A stretch of 63,828 nt of DNA, filler included, from Rhabdomonas costata (GCA_019059605.1; 52 parts of 52 records of this genome joined end to end with filler, not necessarily neighbours in it), one strand, 5' to 3'. Positions 38,703-53,009 are shown, numbered from the whole stretch's first letter. Translations and numbers: made by a program. The notes: generated by a model not told the origin, from the letters alone.

Positions 38703-41700
38703 TAGCAGTTGGGGGAGAGGCCAACGTGCACTACGATTGTGACGGTTTACACCTTGTTGGGCACTCCACCACCACGAGCCTTTCGTGTGATGGTTACTTA
38801 ACCCACCGGGATATCCGCCGTCTTTCTTGTAACTGCTGCACTCTCGGACCTGTGTGATATGTGGGTCTACTTCGCTTTGTTCTCAGTGGCTTCGTTGTTT
38901 TGCTATGGAAGGTTGGGGGTGGTCATGGGTTTGGTGTGCCTGTGTTTTGGAAATCCAAAATAATCCAAAATAGGAAGATGCAGGGGTACTGTGCATTTGT
39001 GTACGTGCGTACTGTGGGGAAAGGAGCAACATAGGAAAGAATATTTGATGCTGCATTCGGAATGGAATTTTTATTCTTTGACTTAGGGAATGGTAACGGT
39101 AGGGAGGCAGCTGATTCAAAGTTGGAGAGTACACCCGTGGAAGGGGAATGTGTGGTGTGGTGCTGTTGGAGGTGGGTTCGTCGGCTCCCACAGCTTCATG
39201 CCGAAACATCGGAAAATGTAGGTCAGCGGGTATGCGAAGCGAAAGAAGCGATNNNNNNNNNNNNNNNNNNNNNNNNNNNNNNNNNNNNNNNNNNNNTTAA
39301 TTAATTAANNNNNNNNNNNNNNNNNNNNNNNNNNNNNNNNNNNNNNNNNNNNTGGCAAGAGACACCCATATGGGTGCCCAAAAATGCCAGTGGAACTGTC
39401 CATCCAAGGGCACCCATATGGGTGTCTCTTGCCACTTCATGGCACCAACAGACTGAGACAACTTGAAAAACTTCAGTAGCACCGGCGCACATGATGAATA
39501 CTACACGCAATGCAAGAACGAATTCGGGGGGTGAGGGCTTTTTACAGCAGCAACTTCTACAAAAGGAACAGTTGAACGGTTACCGGAGAGACATGAGGCC
39601 GTGCAAAGTGTTATATACACAGTCATCATGACATCCGTGGATGCTGGGCGGAAGCTCCGGGATATCCAAGTCTCGGGAAACCCGAGCCCCAGCTTTCAGG
39701 TGGAGGAGAAGCCTGTACCATCATAAATACACAGGAGAAAACGCGCTGCGCTTTCAAAATGATCTTCAACAATTTTCTTGCGCTGACTTCGTTTGGAGTT
39801 CCCGAGAAAATTGAAAACCTCTCGTCTGCAGACAAATTCGGCCGAACATCGCAGCGGGCTTTCAAACGCAATTCTTGGGTGAAAATTGGGTGAAAAACCA
39901 GCACAAATCGAACTTGAAAAGGGATGAAATAAGGAAATCTGGATTACGATGCCTGTCTGCCATGAGAGGACACAAATCGGATCGCCTGCCACGCAAAAAA
40001 AAACGCAAGTCAACTGTCCCACACAAAAGGACAATAATCTTACGGCAACAACCACCTGTTGAGGGCTGCCCCCAGCCGCCCGTGGGGCGGCTTGTTGGGG
40101 GTATCGATGCGGCAAGGGAGGACGTGCAGGACTGCAACCCCCGGACGGGCTGTTCCGGCCCAGTCCACAAGCCACAGCCCCACCAGCAACCATGGAGACA
40201 TATGAGTCAGAAGGGCCACAGGGCGAACCAGCTAAACGCTTCATGGTGACGGGGGAGCTCGAAGGCGGTCGGCTGTCGCGATCGTGGCTCACCCCTGTGG
40301 AACGAAAAGATACCGCAAAACACCGCACCCACTGAAATCCAATCGAGCGCGCCCAGCCACCATGGCAAAAAAAACTTGGGGATGAAATCATAAAATACCG
40401 AAGCTTCCCTTTTAACATGAATCTTGGGACCAAAGAGCTTTTCTAAGCAGCCACTGGTTCAGGGGTTGAATGCTGTTCGAANNNNNNNNNNNNNNNNNNN
40501 NNNNNNNNNNNNNNNNNNNNNNNNNTTAATTAATTAANNNNNNNNNNNNNNNNNNNNNNNNNNNNNNNNNNNNNNNNNNNNTGTTGTTTTTGACTCCGTT
40601 TCGCTTGGAACTTGCCGAGGGTAATATACTTCATTGTGACTGGTGCGACCGGCGCTTTCTGGCGCCCCGTCGCCATTGAATCGACCGCCTTTTCCCGATC
40701 CTATTCTATCGGACCCGTTTTGCTCGACGCAAAACAAAGTGAGGTACGAACACAGTTTATTTTGCCTGTGTGGTTCCGTGTAAGTGTGCGAACATTGTAA
40801 GTTTACGGTTGACCGTTTTTATTATCCTGAACATCTCATGGAAACCTTGAAAACCGTGGTGCAAAAAGGCAAAATGTTTTTGGTGTTGCCGCAAAGTCAA
40901 TGTGCCTGTTGCGCCTTGCCTCGATTTAAAAAATTAGTTTTAAACTTCTTGACATCAGCTTTTCCATGATGATGATTCAACCAAAACGTTAACACGCTCA
41001 TGTGTGAAGAAAATGATGGAGAAGTGACAGACTGGCGGACGCCACGACAATTAGAGTCGATAGCACCGTGCATCCTAGCATCGTTGTCGGCATTGCTTTG
41101 CAACATGATCCGTTGCGCTGTTCGAGACATCCGGGTCGGGAGAGGTGTGTGTAGGGGGGTGGGGGTGGCGCGGAAACCTCGGTGGCACGCCCGGCCTCGA
41201 TCTGCTTCAGAATGAATTTTCTCAATCAGATCTTTTATTACACAGCCCTTTTATTGAAGCCAGGAAATGAACAACATCAAAAAAGTACTGGCACTTTTCT
41301 GTACCGTGGTTGCGCAAAACTTCCCGGTCCAATGTGTTTCGCCCAATTCAAAGTCCATCCCTTCATGAGCAGACGTTCGAAATCACAAAGTTCTCACAGC
41401 GCTGTTCCTGAGGACTGCGAACCTCAAGGCAAGCCCAGGGATATCAACCACCTTCCCGCGCCCGACCTCGCACCCCACCACCACAAACCCGCTGTTCCGC
41501 CGTTTTCACCGCATGACCCATCCATTTAATCCCTATTTCGTTCCTTCAACGGTTCCCTTGGACTAGCAGGATGGGCTATTCATTCAAAAAAGCTAATTAC
41601 GAAGTGGTCAAAAAAGTGATCAAGCCGATGACTAGTTGCGCCTATGCGATCAAGACGGCTTTGGACCAAGGTGTTGTCAACGGCGGTGTGGCTGAGGGCG

Positions 41701-44586
41701 GCAACACAACNNNNNNNNNNNNNNNNNNNNNNNNNNNNNNNNNNNNNNNNNNNNTTAATTAATTAANNNNNNNNNNNNNNNNNNNNNNNNNNNNNNNNNN
41801 NNNNNNNNNNGTTGTGTGGGCTGGCGGCGCACAGCATGCAGGCCAGCTCGCTCACCGTGCCCCCGTGGAGGCAGGCCTGGTTTCTGCGGAAGTGCTTCCG
41901 GCGAGGCCTGGCGACGGCGACAGGCAGAACGGGCGATAGCGGTGAGGGCGCTTCCGAAGGACCCGCCTGCAATTCCCACCCCGACGAGGTCTCGATAGAG
42001 AGCTGAGAAACAGATCAGAGGCAGAGCTTAAGCCAGTTTTTTATGGAAAACAACCACATTCGCACGCACGCCAGCAAGATCTTCAGGCGTTGTGCACACA
42101 TCACTTGCGAAGCCACACATGGAACTCCCCCAAAGAAGCTTGAGAATAGTACACGGCGAATTCGGAGCATACGTGACTTAGGGCGACTGGCTCATTGTGG
42201 TGGTGGCCGTGCTCGGCGTTTCCGACAAACCCCAGGGTGTAACAAACGATTGTAGGTAACACCTGCTCCTGCTTGAACAGAGCATTACGTGAAGCAAAGA
42301 AATAACACGTTTCCTTCGAAATATTCTTTGAAAGCAGATTCCAGATTCGTGGTCTACCGGGGTCTATGTACATTGTTTTTGCATTTTTCAGGTTATGCTC
42401 AAATTGTTGACTGACCAATACTCAGACTGTTTTGCGTCAGTGGGAAGACTTTCCATGTTATTTTGCACGTGAAGAGGTCTTGTTTGTTTGTGTGTGAGGC
42501 CTTTTTTAAATACATTTGACATGGAAAGAAAATCTTTCCTAATGCTAACTATTGCGGCATTGTGAATTCTGCTGGGCCGAACCCTGACGCACATTTACAC
42601 ACACATCGCTCGCCTGTGAACTGACGGCAGTGAGTACACTGCACCGCGCGCTGAGAAGTTATCTCCTCCGGGAACCTGTGGTTAACAGCGCCCGTCGGCG
42701 TATAGCTGTCACCAACAGCCCGTCAGGCAGCATCCAGTCAACGCCCTACTGCGATATGCACCCCTTGAGCGCGCGCTGACATACCCTTTCAATTTGTCAT
42801 CGTGGATCGTGGGTGGGTAAGTCAACTCAAAACAGGGCGTGGAGACGCGAGCATCACTACGCCTCACTGTTCTCGCGCAACCAGAACAAGTGCAAGCCAT
42901 GTGATTCACTTCCGCTCACAGCGCGACGCACAAAACACANNNNNNNNNNNNNNNNNNNNNNNNNNNNNNNNNNNNNNNNNNNNTTAATTAATTAANNNNN
43001 NNNNNNNNNNNNNNNNNNNNNNNNNNNNNNNNNNNNNNNGGTTGTTGTTTCCATGACTGCTTCAGCAACTCGTGCGCGCTTCCTCGCCCCATGGTCCCTA
43101 GCATGCCCTCTGCTCCGCCATTGCTTTTTGTTTTGATACCTTTGTTTGGATATCCCAGTTGTTGTGACACAGTGCGGTAATACACAGGAAGAATGAAAAG
43201 CAAGGAGTGCGTCGGTGGTGAAGAGCAGGGGAAGGAGCGGGTGTGGTACCGATTGAGGAGGTCACCTGGGGATCCATCCGGTGCATCTCCGCCGCGCTGA
43301 CCAGAGATCGAGACGGGGGGGCCGTAGGCAGCGGTGGAAGGGTCCCTTGGATGGCGTGGGGAGTTTCCCTGAGGCTGGAGCTCCCTGAGGCGTCGGCGCC
43401 CAGCAAGGGGTACATCGGGCTGCTGGGCGCCCGACTGGGCTGACTGGTGCTGGCTCGGGAGCTGGGCAGGAGGTAGGTCGGGCCATTGGAGGAGGAGGGG
43501 CCCCCGCTGCCACTACCGCCCCCGTTGCCACCCCCACTGCACCCGCGGGAATGGCGGCTGAGCAGCAGGCAGGCGGTCTCCAGAACAAGCCCCACCGGGT
43601 CGGGGGAGGTCGCGCCCAGGTGAAAGTGCAGGATGAACTGTTGTGATTTTGAGGAAGGGACGCACATTGTTCAGCACCGGACGTACCAGCCCCTCCACCA
43701 CCACCCTGCTTGCCTAATCAGCTGCAATGCAGACAGCCTTGCGGCAGGCCTTCACCCCCCATGATGTGGACAGGACGGAGGGGGAAGGGGCGGACCGCCC
43801 GCGCGTCCCGAACTTACAGCTACATTGTCTCTTTGAGCAGGTTTGCTTTGCTTAACACCGTGAAAGTTTCTCATCGCAGTTTCGAGAACTGAGGGGCATA
43901 ACAATAAGGTAGGTTACGCCGTATACTCAAAATCCACGCTTTTTCAGCCCTGGACACGTCAGAATCAATGATTCGCTCTGAGGTGGAGGTGTGGAAGACA
44001 ATTTTCAAGCACTCAGGAGCACTCCAGGAATCCGATTGGAAACTTGCAACAAACTTAACTCTGAAGTTCACGATGTAGCTAAACTTCAGAGTTAAGTTTG
44101 TTGCAAGTTTCCAATCGGATTCCTGGAGTGCTCCTGAGTGCTTGAAAATTGTCTTCCACACCACCACCNNNNNNNNNNNNNNNNNNNNNNNNNNNNNNNN
44201 NNNNNNNNNNNNTTAATTAATTAANNNNNNNNNNNNNNNNNNNNNNNNNNNNNNNNNNNNNNNNNNNNGTCCGACGTGATCCTGGACGAGGTTCAGGCTG
44301 GATGACCTCAGCGTGGCGACGGAATGCTAGCTTTATCTTATTCCTTTTGTTCTGGTGGTTCACTATAGTGTTGGCTGTGTCATTCGTCCAGGGCTCGTTA
44401 TTTTCTGGTGTCGTCGGGGCATCTTTTCGTTCCTCGGCTTTACTTTGTTCTGGCTCTTGGGTCTTGCTTAACCTATGTTGGGTGAACGTTGAAATGTACG
44501 GATCATCTCTGCTCCTCTTTGCTTTTTTTTTCATCCACGAATTCAGCTTAGGAGGTGTTCTCGTTATCTGTGAACTGCTCATGCAG

Positions 44587-45138
44587 GGTCGCGTTTTCTT
44601 CTGGCGGAATGCACCGCCCATGGCTGCGGACGCCAGCGTGACGGCCTCCTCCCACAAATTGCTGTCGTTGGCCCTGCCCAGCGTTGACACAGATGGGGAT
44701 ATCTTATACTGTGTGATAACCAAACTCCCAACACAGGGTATGCTTTGTGCTGACACCCCTTATTCTTGTTGTCGTCTATTTTCGGGCTTCAGTGCATCCT
44801 TGCACTTCCTCTGCCCCGTGGCCTCAGGTTCCCTGTACCAGTCCACTGACGGCTCGCCCATTCTTAGCCCTGGGACGGTGGTCGCCAGCCCGGGCTGCGA
44901 GATAATGTTCCAGAGCTCCGGGTATGGGTGGGGCCTGGGATACACCACCTTCCAGTACGGGGTGCTGGAGCAGGCCATCCACCCTACGAACCTGAGCTTC
45001 GCTGCAGCGGTGGCCACGATCACGGTCGACGTGACGTACACCAGCAGCCTGCCCGAGCTTGGGGCTCCGGCCCGTGCCACGATGCTTGAGGACTCCTCTG
45101 GGGCTGTGCTGCAGATCACCGCGAGCGACCCGAATGGG
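44587..45138 (+). CDS. surface protein with cadherin-like/bacterial Ig-like repeats, exons 44587-44737 and 44828-45138
   Basis: NAPPMAADASVT...DTDGDILYCVITKLPTQ|GSLYQ...TTFQY...ITVDV...MLEDS...ITASDPNG. GT-AG intron 44738-44827. Confidence 0.8.
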
Positions 45139-45922
45139 GTATGCCTCTTGTGTTGTATTTTGGGGGAAATTAGGTGTTCGATTGAGCAGCGGTACTTGCG
45201 GCATTGTTTGGATAGCTGTCTCTTTAGGCAGGATTTATGTGATTGCCAGGTGGGCGAAAAATCTCTCTGTACATCGGACACACAGTGTATCCGAACACCA
45301 CATGCGTTAACTCCCTGCATAGCATGTCGCTTGCAAGTCCTCGCCCGGGATACACCCTGCACCTCAAGTGTCTCCGGTTTTGCACTGCAACAAACAANNN
45401 NNNNNNNNNNNNNNNNNNNNNNNNNNNNNNNNNNNNNNNNNTTAATTAATTAANNNNNNNNNNNNNNNNNNNNNNNNNNNNNNNNNNNNNNNNNNNNGTG
45501 TGTTTGTTTGTGGACGTTCCATGGACGTTCAATCGCTCAAGCCGCTCGGTCAAAAAGTGGTTCGGCTAATGATGAACGCAACCAGAAGACTGACACGTGA
45601 GAGGTGACAACTGCTGTTGCAATCGCGGTGTTCTCTTTTGGTTCTACGTAATAGTCAGATATTGCTGCAAACACTGCTGCCTGCTTGAGGTCCGGATGTC
45701 TCTGCAGTTGAATGCATAGACTTTAACCCACAGTTTTCGAGGCATCATCATTACCATCATCAATAACACCAACAGACGAGACACCGACTGCTGGTTCATC
45801 CACGCGCATCGACAAACTCAGCACGAAGCGAAGCAACTAAAATAAATTATCTGCAAGCCACAGATGCGAAAGGGCCCAACCCCAACAGCAGCCCGTCACA
45901 TCTCCTTTGGAATCAAACGTAC

Positions 45923-46621
45923 TTCTGCGCATCAAAGTACTTCCGAGTGGACACGCTCTTCACCAGCTTTACCGTACGCTTCATCTTCTTCTCAGGGTCT
46001 TGAGTGCTCAGCTTCAGAACCGCCATTTTGCCCCGAAGAGAGCCACCGCTCAGACCCGCCGGCGAGGACATCGTCGTCAGTGACAGCACACGCTCCGGAA
46101 AGCTCACCGCCATCTGCTGCACGATCAGCCCTCCCATGCTGAACCCGCACAGATGGGCCTGCGGCAGGTCCAGGTGGTCCAGAAGCGCCGCCGCGTCCAG
46201 CGCCATGTCATACACCGTGTACGGCGAGTCTTGTGTTCCGAAAACCGACCCCAGGAACACCGAGACCACGTCGGTGCTTCCCAGGTGATCCAAGTGGGTG
46301 CTCAGGCTGCAGCACAGGTAACGTTGCAGTTAGATGGCAGAGCAAGTCAGTGTCTCCGAACCGCAGGAAAAGGGGGTGAACACACACTACACTAACAGGC
46401 AGCAGGACCAACCAGGGAAGAAAGGAGAGAACAAAAGGGAAAGCGAGGGAAAAGATAATGACCATCCCGATGATGGGGCAGCAGAAAACCCGTTTTATCA
46501 CAGAGGGGTAATGAAGCGCACACACATACCCCACGTCTCGGTTGTCAAACCGGATCACAAAGAAGCCCTCCTCCACCAACCTCTCGCAGAACTCCGTCCG
46601 CCAAAGGATCATCTGTCCCAA
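45923..46621 (-). CDS. alpha/beta hydrolase (bacterial RdmC/MhpC-like), exons 46621-46530 and 46306-45923
   Basis: QMILW..EFCERL..GFFVIRFDNRDVG|LSTH...PYTVYDMALDAAALLDHL...HLCGFSMGG (GxSxG nucleophile). Confidence 0.95.
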
Positions 46622-47106
46622 AACCCNNNNNNNNNNNNNNNNNNNNNNNNNNNNNNNNNNNNNNNNNNNNTTAATTAATTAANNNNNNNNNNNNNNNNNN
46701 NNNNNNNNNNNNNNNNNNNNNNNNNNTTGTTGGACCTCAGTTCCCCCTGTCTGAGCAAGCTGAGTTAGCACTTGCTCAGACAGGGGGAACTGAGGTCCAA
46801 CTAAACCAAGCATTGCATGGAGCAGAATACAGATGAAACAAACACCCCAAATCGCCATGCCATTGGAACCTGGGGCTGCATCTCGATTGCTTGGGTATGA
46901 GAAGGGGGTGCATATGTCCGTCAGGAGCAGCGAATATTTTGAACTGAGTGTTAACCTGAACTGCATTGAGATCTTTGTTAAAAAGAAACCTGGATTACCT
47001 AGTGAACGAGGATAGAGCCCCAAGAGCAACGAACGCAAACTGCGACACAAGAGCTGATGACAGAGGTACATTTAAAATGGTTGAAACGTGGGATAGAAAA
47101 GTCGGT

Positions 47107-47219
47107 GAAATGATACCCGGTGCCCAGATAATGGGACATTATAGCCATTATACTATAATGGTATTATGCGGGCTATAATACCCCATTATACGGGCACCCC
47201 CCCCCCCAAGTATCATTTC
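47107..47219. mobile_element. intronic imperfect palindromic element (MITE-like)
   Basis: Nested inverted arms gaaatgatac/gtatcatttc, ggtgccc/gggcacc and ataatgggacattatagcc/ggctataataccccattat. Confidence 0.55.
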
Positions 47220-47238
47220 CCCGAAAAGTCAGCCACAC

Positions 47239-47835
47239 CATTCATGATCAGGAGGTCCACTAAGGAGGAAGTGTCCTCAATGAGCTTCAGGGGCGCCTTG
47301 TAGGCTTTCGAGAACGCGTACACGTCCAGCACCAGGTGAGATACCCCCGCGTTGACCAGTGCATCTTGGTCTTCCTTCCGGACATCTGTCGCGCCACAAA
47401 AAAGTCCACGCTTTCACCCGCAACGTAAACTGACGGGGATGTCAATCCTACCCCTTCCCACTCAACAATAACAACGAAGATCAGCGGTCTCAGGAGGAGA
47501 CACGCAGCAAAGAAAACGGCGCTTATTTTACCATGATTTCACCATTCGTTTCATTAAAGGCCAACCAGAACAATGAACAGAAACAAACAGCAGCACAGCA
47601 TGAACGGACAGTCCGGTTTCGATTGATTCGATTGATATGCCTTAGCTGAAAAAGCGCTATACTGGAGGGACAATGTGGGAATGTGAAGAGAAGTGGGGGG
47701 CACACCCTCGCCGGTCACCATTTTCAGGGTTAATGCCACCACAACCGACTTCATAGAGACGGCGTAGGTTGCCATCGCTGCACGGAAGATTTGCTCAAAG
47801 ACGTTCACGGTGGCATGCTTGTCCCGGAAGGCAAC
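47239..47835 (-). CDS. helical (ARM-like) protein, exons 47835-47706 and 47385-47239
   Basis: A GT-AG intron joins ...LTLKMVTGE|DVRKEDQDALVNAGVSHLVLDVY in phase. Confidence 0.65.
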
Positions 47836-50634
47836 CTGCACCCCCCCCCACAACNNNNNNNNNNNNNNNNNNNNNNNNNNNNNNNNNNNNNNNNNNNNTT
47901 AATTAATTAANNNNNNNNNNNNNNNNNNNNNNNNNNNNNNNNNNNNNNNNNNNNTTGTTGGTGTGTGTGTGTGTGTGTGTGTGTGTCTGCACTCTCGATC
48001 CTCGCACCACTCGGGTACCTCCGAGTCTACTGGCTGGCTTGGCGGCGAAGCTACGCCATTGTCGAGCGCCGGGCACAGGCGGGTTCACTGCGTCGATTCG
48101 CCGGGCGGTGCAATTCATCAAAGCGAAACAGCATCCCCACAAGTGGTGGGTTAGACGCTTTGCCCTCTCCCTACTTCGGCAGGGAGTTCCGGTGGGGTAC
48201 TTTCCTCCCCTCTTGCGTTCATCGGTCTCCTTCCAAAAATGTGGGATGTCTGCGTAAGGTACCCGAGTTTCGCAAACTGTTCTTCTGCGGACATGGGTCG
48301 GTTTCCCTCACCTCGACTCTATGGGAGCGCCGTGTGTGTGTGTGTGTGTGTGCGCGCGCGCGTGCGTGCGTGCGTGCATGGTTGCTTCCTCGAGCCATGT
48401 TCAGCGTTCTCGAGAAATTGGCCAGTCTTGAACCTCTGATCGCAGCCTGCATCTTTCCCCAGCCTTGGGCGTTTCTGTGGCTCGGTGCTGTTGTGGGTCG
48501 GTCGACAGGGTTGGGTGCGGGTGTTGGAACGGGGTGTAAGGGGTTTATCCACCTGACAGTGTGTCCAAAGATTTGCTTACTCCTCGATGTTTGCCTGGCT
48601 GATTCCCGTGGCTCTCATGCTCTCTCACTCTGTCACTTATATACGTTCTAGTCAGGACGGACAGAAACCGCGCCTGCGTTCGTTGCAGGTTGTGCACCAG
48701 AAGACGTTTGTAAGACGCTTTTTGTTGTGATTTTTTTCCGTGGTCTTTTCCCCGCGGAAAGGACTAGAACAAAGTGTGTGCACTCTCCACAAGAGACATG
48801 CAAATGGCACGAGTGCCGGCCCTTAACAAGGTCCCACCCCACTCCCCGTAACATTACCGTGAGATAAAATGAAACGAGAGAAGCAGAGCAACGAATCCCA
48901 AAACAAATCGTCGTCCCACACATCCAGGGTCCAGCAAACATTTTCACTGCGAGACTGCAAGGAGGAATGCTAATCCATTTCAGCTCATCAAAAAAATCGC
49001 TCCCATGCATCTGCGAACGTACGGAACCCATGATCCATAAAAAGGCGAGGATCCTGGGGAAGATCGTTCGCGTAACAACCCCACCNNNNNNNNNNNNNNN
49101 NNNNNNNNNNNNNNNNNNNNNNNNNNNNNTTAATTAATTAANNNNNNNNNNNNNNNNNNNNNNNNNNNNNNNNNNNNNNNNNNNNAACGCGTTAGGACGC
49201 AGAAGCTGCGGATCCAATTCTGCTGGCAGGGTGGGATATGCAGCCGACCGACCGAAAAAAATCCCAAATTGTCAGCTAAACAAACCTCTGGACATTGTTG
49301 TAGTTCTGTGATCCTGAGCGTGTTTGCTTATGCACTTCACGAGGGGTGAAGTGTTTGCACGTTGAGTTCGCAGGTGAGTTTGCTGTGGTGGGTGAGTCGT
49401 GAGTCGTACACTTTGAATACTTTCTGCTGGGCTGAGGCTGAGAGGCCAGGGTCGGGTGGGCGACAATCACTGAGACTGGTGAACTGCCCCAGTGGCATGA
49501 GACATGTGTGGCCCGCCCATTCACGCTTTTGTTCTCCCAACCGTCTTCACTCTCTACTTCAACACCTGTTTTCCCAAACCTCACCCCAGCCGTTGCAAAA
49601 CTCTTGTGCCTGTGCCGCAGTGCCGAACTTCTATCAAGTACTACCATGCTGAGCAAACAAAAAACCGTCCCCATACCCTTGCGGACCCCCACGTCTCTTC
49701 AAGGTGACTTGGCTGCTGTGCATACAACTTGGGGGACAATAGCAGCCTAACAACTTGCGAACCTCCAAAATTCGAGCTGTTTTGGAAATGTCACGTTGGA
49801 GGTCAGTTTCATCCTTTACAGTGTGGGGCTCCTGTAGGTTACTTGTACTTTTTTGGAAGCGTGTTGGCTCTTCCATATTGGAAGCCGTCTATTAGCTCAT
49901 GCTGATTGCTTGAGTTCCGTTGTGTTCAAGGTGCCGGTGCTCAGTCATACAATTGCATACACTTAGACAAGAGACTTGCTTAAAATAGCCCCGTAAAATC
50001 TAGTCACAGGGAATATCCGGACAAACGGGGCTCCAGAGTCCATTGAGGAGCAAACAAACACAACCGACTACACTCTACAGTGCATTGAATAATTGAACAG
50101 CAGTTTTAAATCTCAATTTTGCACTTTGTGCCCCTTTGGACCAAACAATGTCCTCTTTCTGTATCTTCCCCGGGGGATTCTGTATTTTTTTTTACAATTT
50201 TCAAAATTTGATTGAACACGTAGATGTTCCAAGTTCGAAGTGATTATGTACACTTTCAAAATAATAATACAGGAATATCTTATATACCAATTTTATAACA
50301 GTGACAACAACACCNNNNNNNNNNNNNNNNNNNNNNNNNNNNNNNNNNNNNNNNNNNNTTAATTAATTAANNNNNNNNNNNNNNNNNNNNNNNNNNNNNN
50401 NNNNNNNNNNNNNNGATGGGCAGCTTGACGCTGTCCCCGGAGCGACTTAGCTCCACAGAGAGCTCCCCCAGTGGTGCGGAGTGCTCACCCCCCCCCCCGC
50501 TTGTTCGCTTTTTTGTTGATGAAGGAAGATTGATGACGCAATAGCATCGCTGTGGTGCACTGGGTTCGAGCCCCGGATGGGTTGTTTCACGAGTGACGGC
50601 CGTACAAAGAGGGGACTAAGCCGAAGTTGGCCAG

Positions 50635-50694
50635 GGATCTTTGTTGTTGAAACAGTGGGCCTCCTCAAGAGGGTGCGTGAACGGTCCTTTGGGG
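50635..50694 (+). CDS. possible TUTase/non-canonical poly(A) polymerase micro-exon
   Basis: CCAG|GSLLLKQWASSRGCVNGPLG|GTCAG resembles the K.WA..RG.N....G motif. The match is short. Confidence 0.35.
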
Positions 50695-53009
50695 GTCAGA
50701 TTTTTCTCACCTCTGTCATTTGTGGTGCCCCATTGGCGGCTCTGTGGTATTCCTGTTGTGCCCCTTCTTGCCCCAGGCAACTGGGGGGTTTACGACAGCC
50801 ACCCACACCATTCACAAGAAAAACAAGCCACGCCGAACGGCGCGAGGCAAACGCTTTTGGCCGCCTGCAGCCCAAGGGAGTGACCCAGTTACTAACCTGT
50901 CACTAATTATGTAGCACCCAGCGTGGGACTTGAAGAGTTCCTGCTCTGATGCACAAGGTTCTAGGGTAAGCTACACACACCCGCGGAAAAAAACATCCGA
51001 AGTGGGTTCGGAATGTCTCAGAGAGTTCCATCCCAGGGCGGATGTGTGATCGCAGGAAGTTGCAAGTTGTTTAGTTCGGTGTTTGCAGATTGAGTATGGG
51101 TATTGATGGGTAGCTGGACAACTGTGGAACAGCTTCCTTCCAACGCGTCCTTTTATACCCGCCCATTTTGTTGGCAAGGAGCGGCACAACATTGAACAAT
51201 ATATACATGAGCCGCCAAAAATGGATGTGAGTTACCTGTGGTGCAAGGACCACTGCGTAGCTGCTTCCTGTGCTTCAGCTTAAGTTCCAGTGGTGGGGTG
51301 GATAACCAACGCTCGCTGCTCATTCAGAGGCTGGCGCTTAGCTTAGTGCTGCGCTGTACTTATGGTCGGGATGCAACAGAATCCAAGAAGGAGGGGGCGA
51401 GGTAGTTGGGTACCCCTCTCCATAGCCACTAACGGACAGGGAAAAATGTCTACAAGAAGTTGAGAGTTGAGTGCACCCCCCCCCTGCGAAGGAAACGATT
51501 TGCACAGTTCAACCAGAGAAAGTTTTATGAAGTACACCACCACNNNNNNNNNNNNNNNNNNNNNNNNNNNNNNNNNNNNNNNNNNNNTTAATTAATTAAN
51601 NNNNNNNNNNNNNNNNNNNNNNNNNNNNNNNNNNNNNNNNNNNGAGTCGCGGAAGAAGTTTCGGTCTGTGGTAAACCAGCGAAGAAGAGAAATGTTCCTT
51701 CCGATTCCTGCGGCTCAAGCTGTCCATTCGCCCTTGTGTCCACCTCATCACAAGCACACGTTCCCCAAAAGCAAAATTCTCGACAGGCTCAAGTCGGGGA
51801 ATGAATTCACAGCATAAAATTTTAAGATATTGTATCTCTTTTCGCCGCCTCGGCAATGACACAATAGGAAATTGTAGTCTGCAGCACAAAACAAGTGAAC
51901 CAGTGAACCAGGACAACTGCACGACTAAGGAACTTTGCGCGAATATTATAAAAAGCTGAACCACACCTAACGCAGTTGGCATATAAATTTGCATCTTCAC
52001 CAGGGCACATCTGCACAGGCAAGGTCGTCCTGTAACTCGAAACAGAAGCGTTGAAGTCCCTTCTCTGCGCTCCTTTTGGGCAAGGCGCGCACCTTTTCTG
52101 GCGGCTTTTGGAATGATGTGCAGCGTGATGATCCTCAGCAGACAAGTGGCGGGGTTGGGAATATCCTTGGAATACCTGAAACAAAGAGCGCGCACACCGT
52201 CCATGTTCGAAACTATAAGGTGAATGACTGTGCATGATCTTTTTGAAGTATCATGGAGGAAGTTCCTGAAGGGCCTGAGGTTGTACACCCGTGGGATGGA
52301 ACCACGCCGGAGGCGGAGGCGTCCTCCAGTGGTGACGAGGCGCCCCCTAAACGGGCACCGCCCATCCCCCCTCCTCTCCTATCAAGGGACCCGAGGTCGT
52401 CAAAACTAAAGCTAGAGCCAGAGGAGATGAATTAGACTAAGCCGGGGATGCGCAGATCATTGCGTGCCTCCTCTTGAGGGGGACTTGCAGCCATTCTACG
52501 AGTTTTACGGGACACTGACACTTTCGTTAACTTCATTGCAGCCGTTACGGCGCACTGGACAGGGGTCTATGAATTCTCAAAGATGAGCAGGGAAACGCGA
52601 AGGAATGGGCGGAAATGGTCGCCCAGCGGGCCAGAGTGGCTCAAAAGGAGAAAATGGGAGGAGCTGTAAAAGGCAGCAGATGCTTTTGATATAATTTGAA
52701 GGAAGCCGGATCAACCTTTGGCCGAGCCCAAGGGTGTAACCCTCTCTCCTCCTCCGAAAGGCCCCAACAAACNNNNNNNNNNNNNNNNNNNNNNNNNNNN
52801 NNNNNNNNNNNNNNNNTTAATTAATTAANNNNNNNNNNNNNNNNNNNNNNNNNNNNNNNNNNNNNNNNNNNNTTTGTGGTTTCGGGGTGCGGTTGCTCGC
52901 CAACAGACACCATCCTTTGTTGGAACATCTGGTCTCCCTGTGCGTCTGGAATACCGCACTGCGACCCCGCGATGCGTGTGGCACCATTCTTGTATTATGT
53001 CAATTCCAG

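Noticed and set aside
48026-48142. Squalene/oxidosqualene cyclase QW repeat (IRRAVQFIKAKQHP)
   Set aside because: The diagnostic DGSW is missing and the exon boundaries are unclear. Too short to call.
50559-50576. tRNA-like T-arm (ctggg-ttcgagc-cccgg)
   Set aside because: I could not build a matching acceptor stem, D-arm or anticodon arm.
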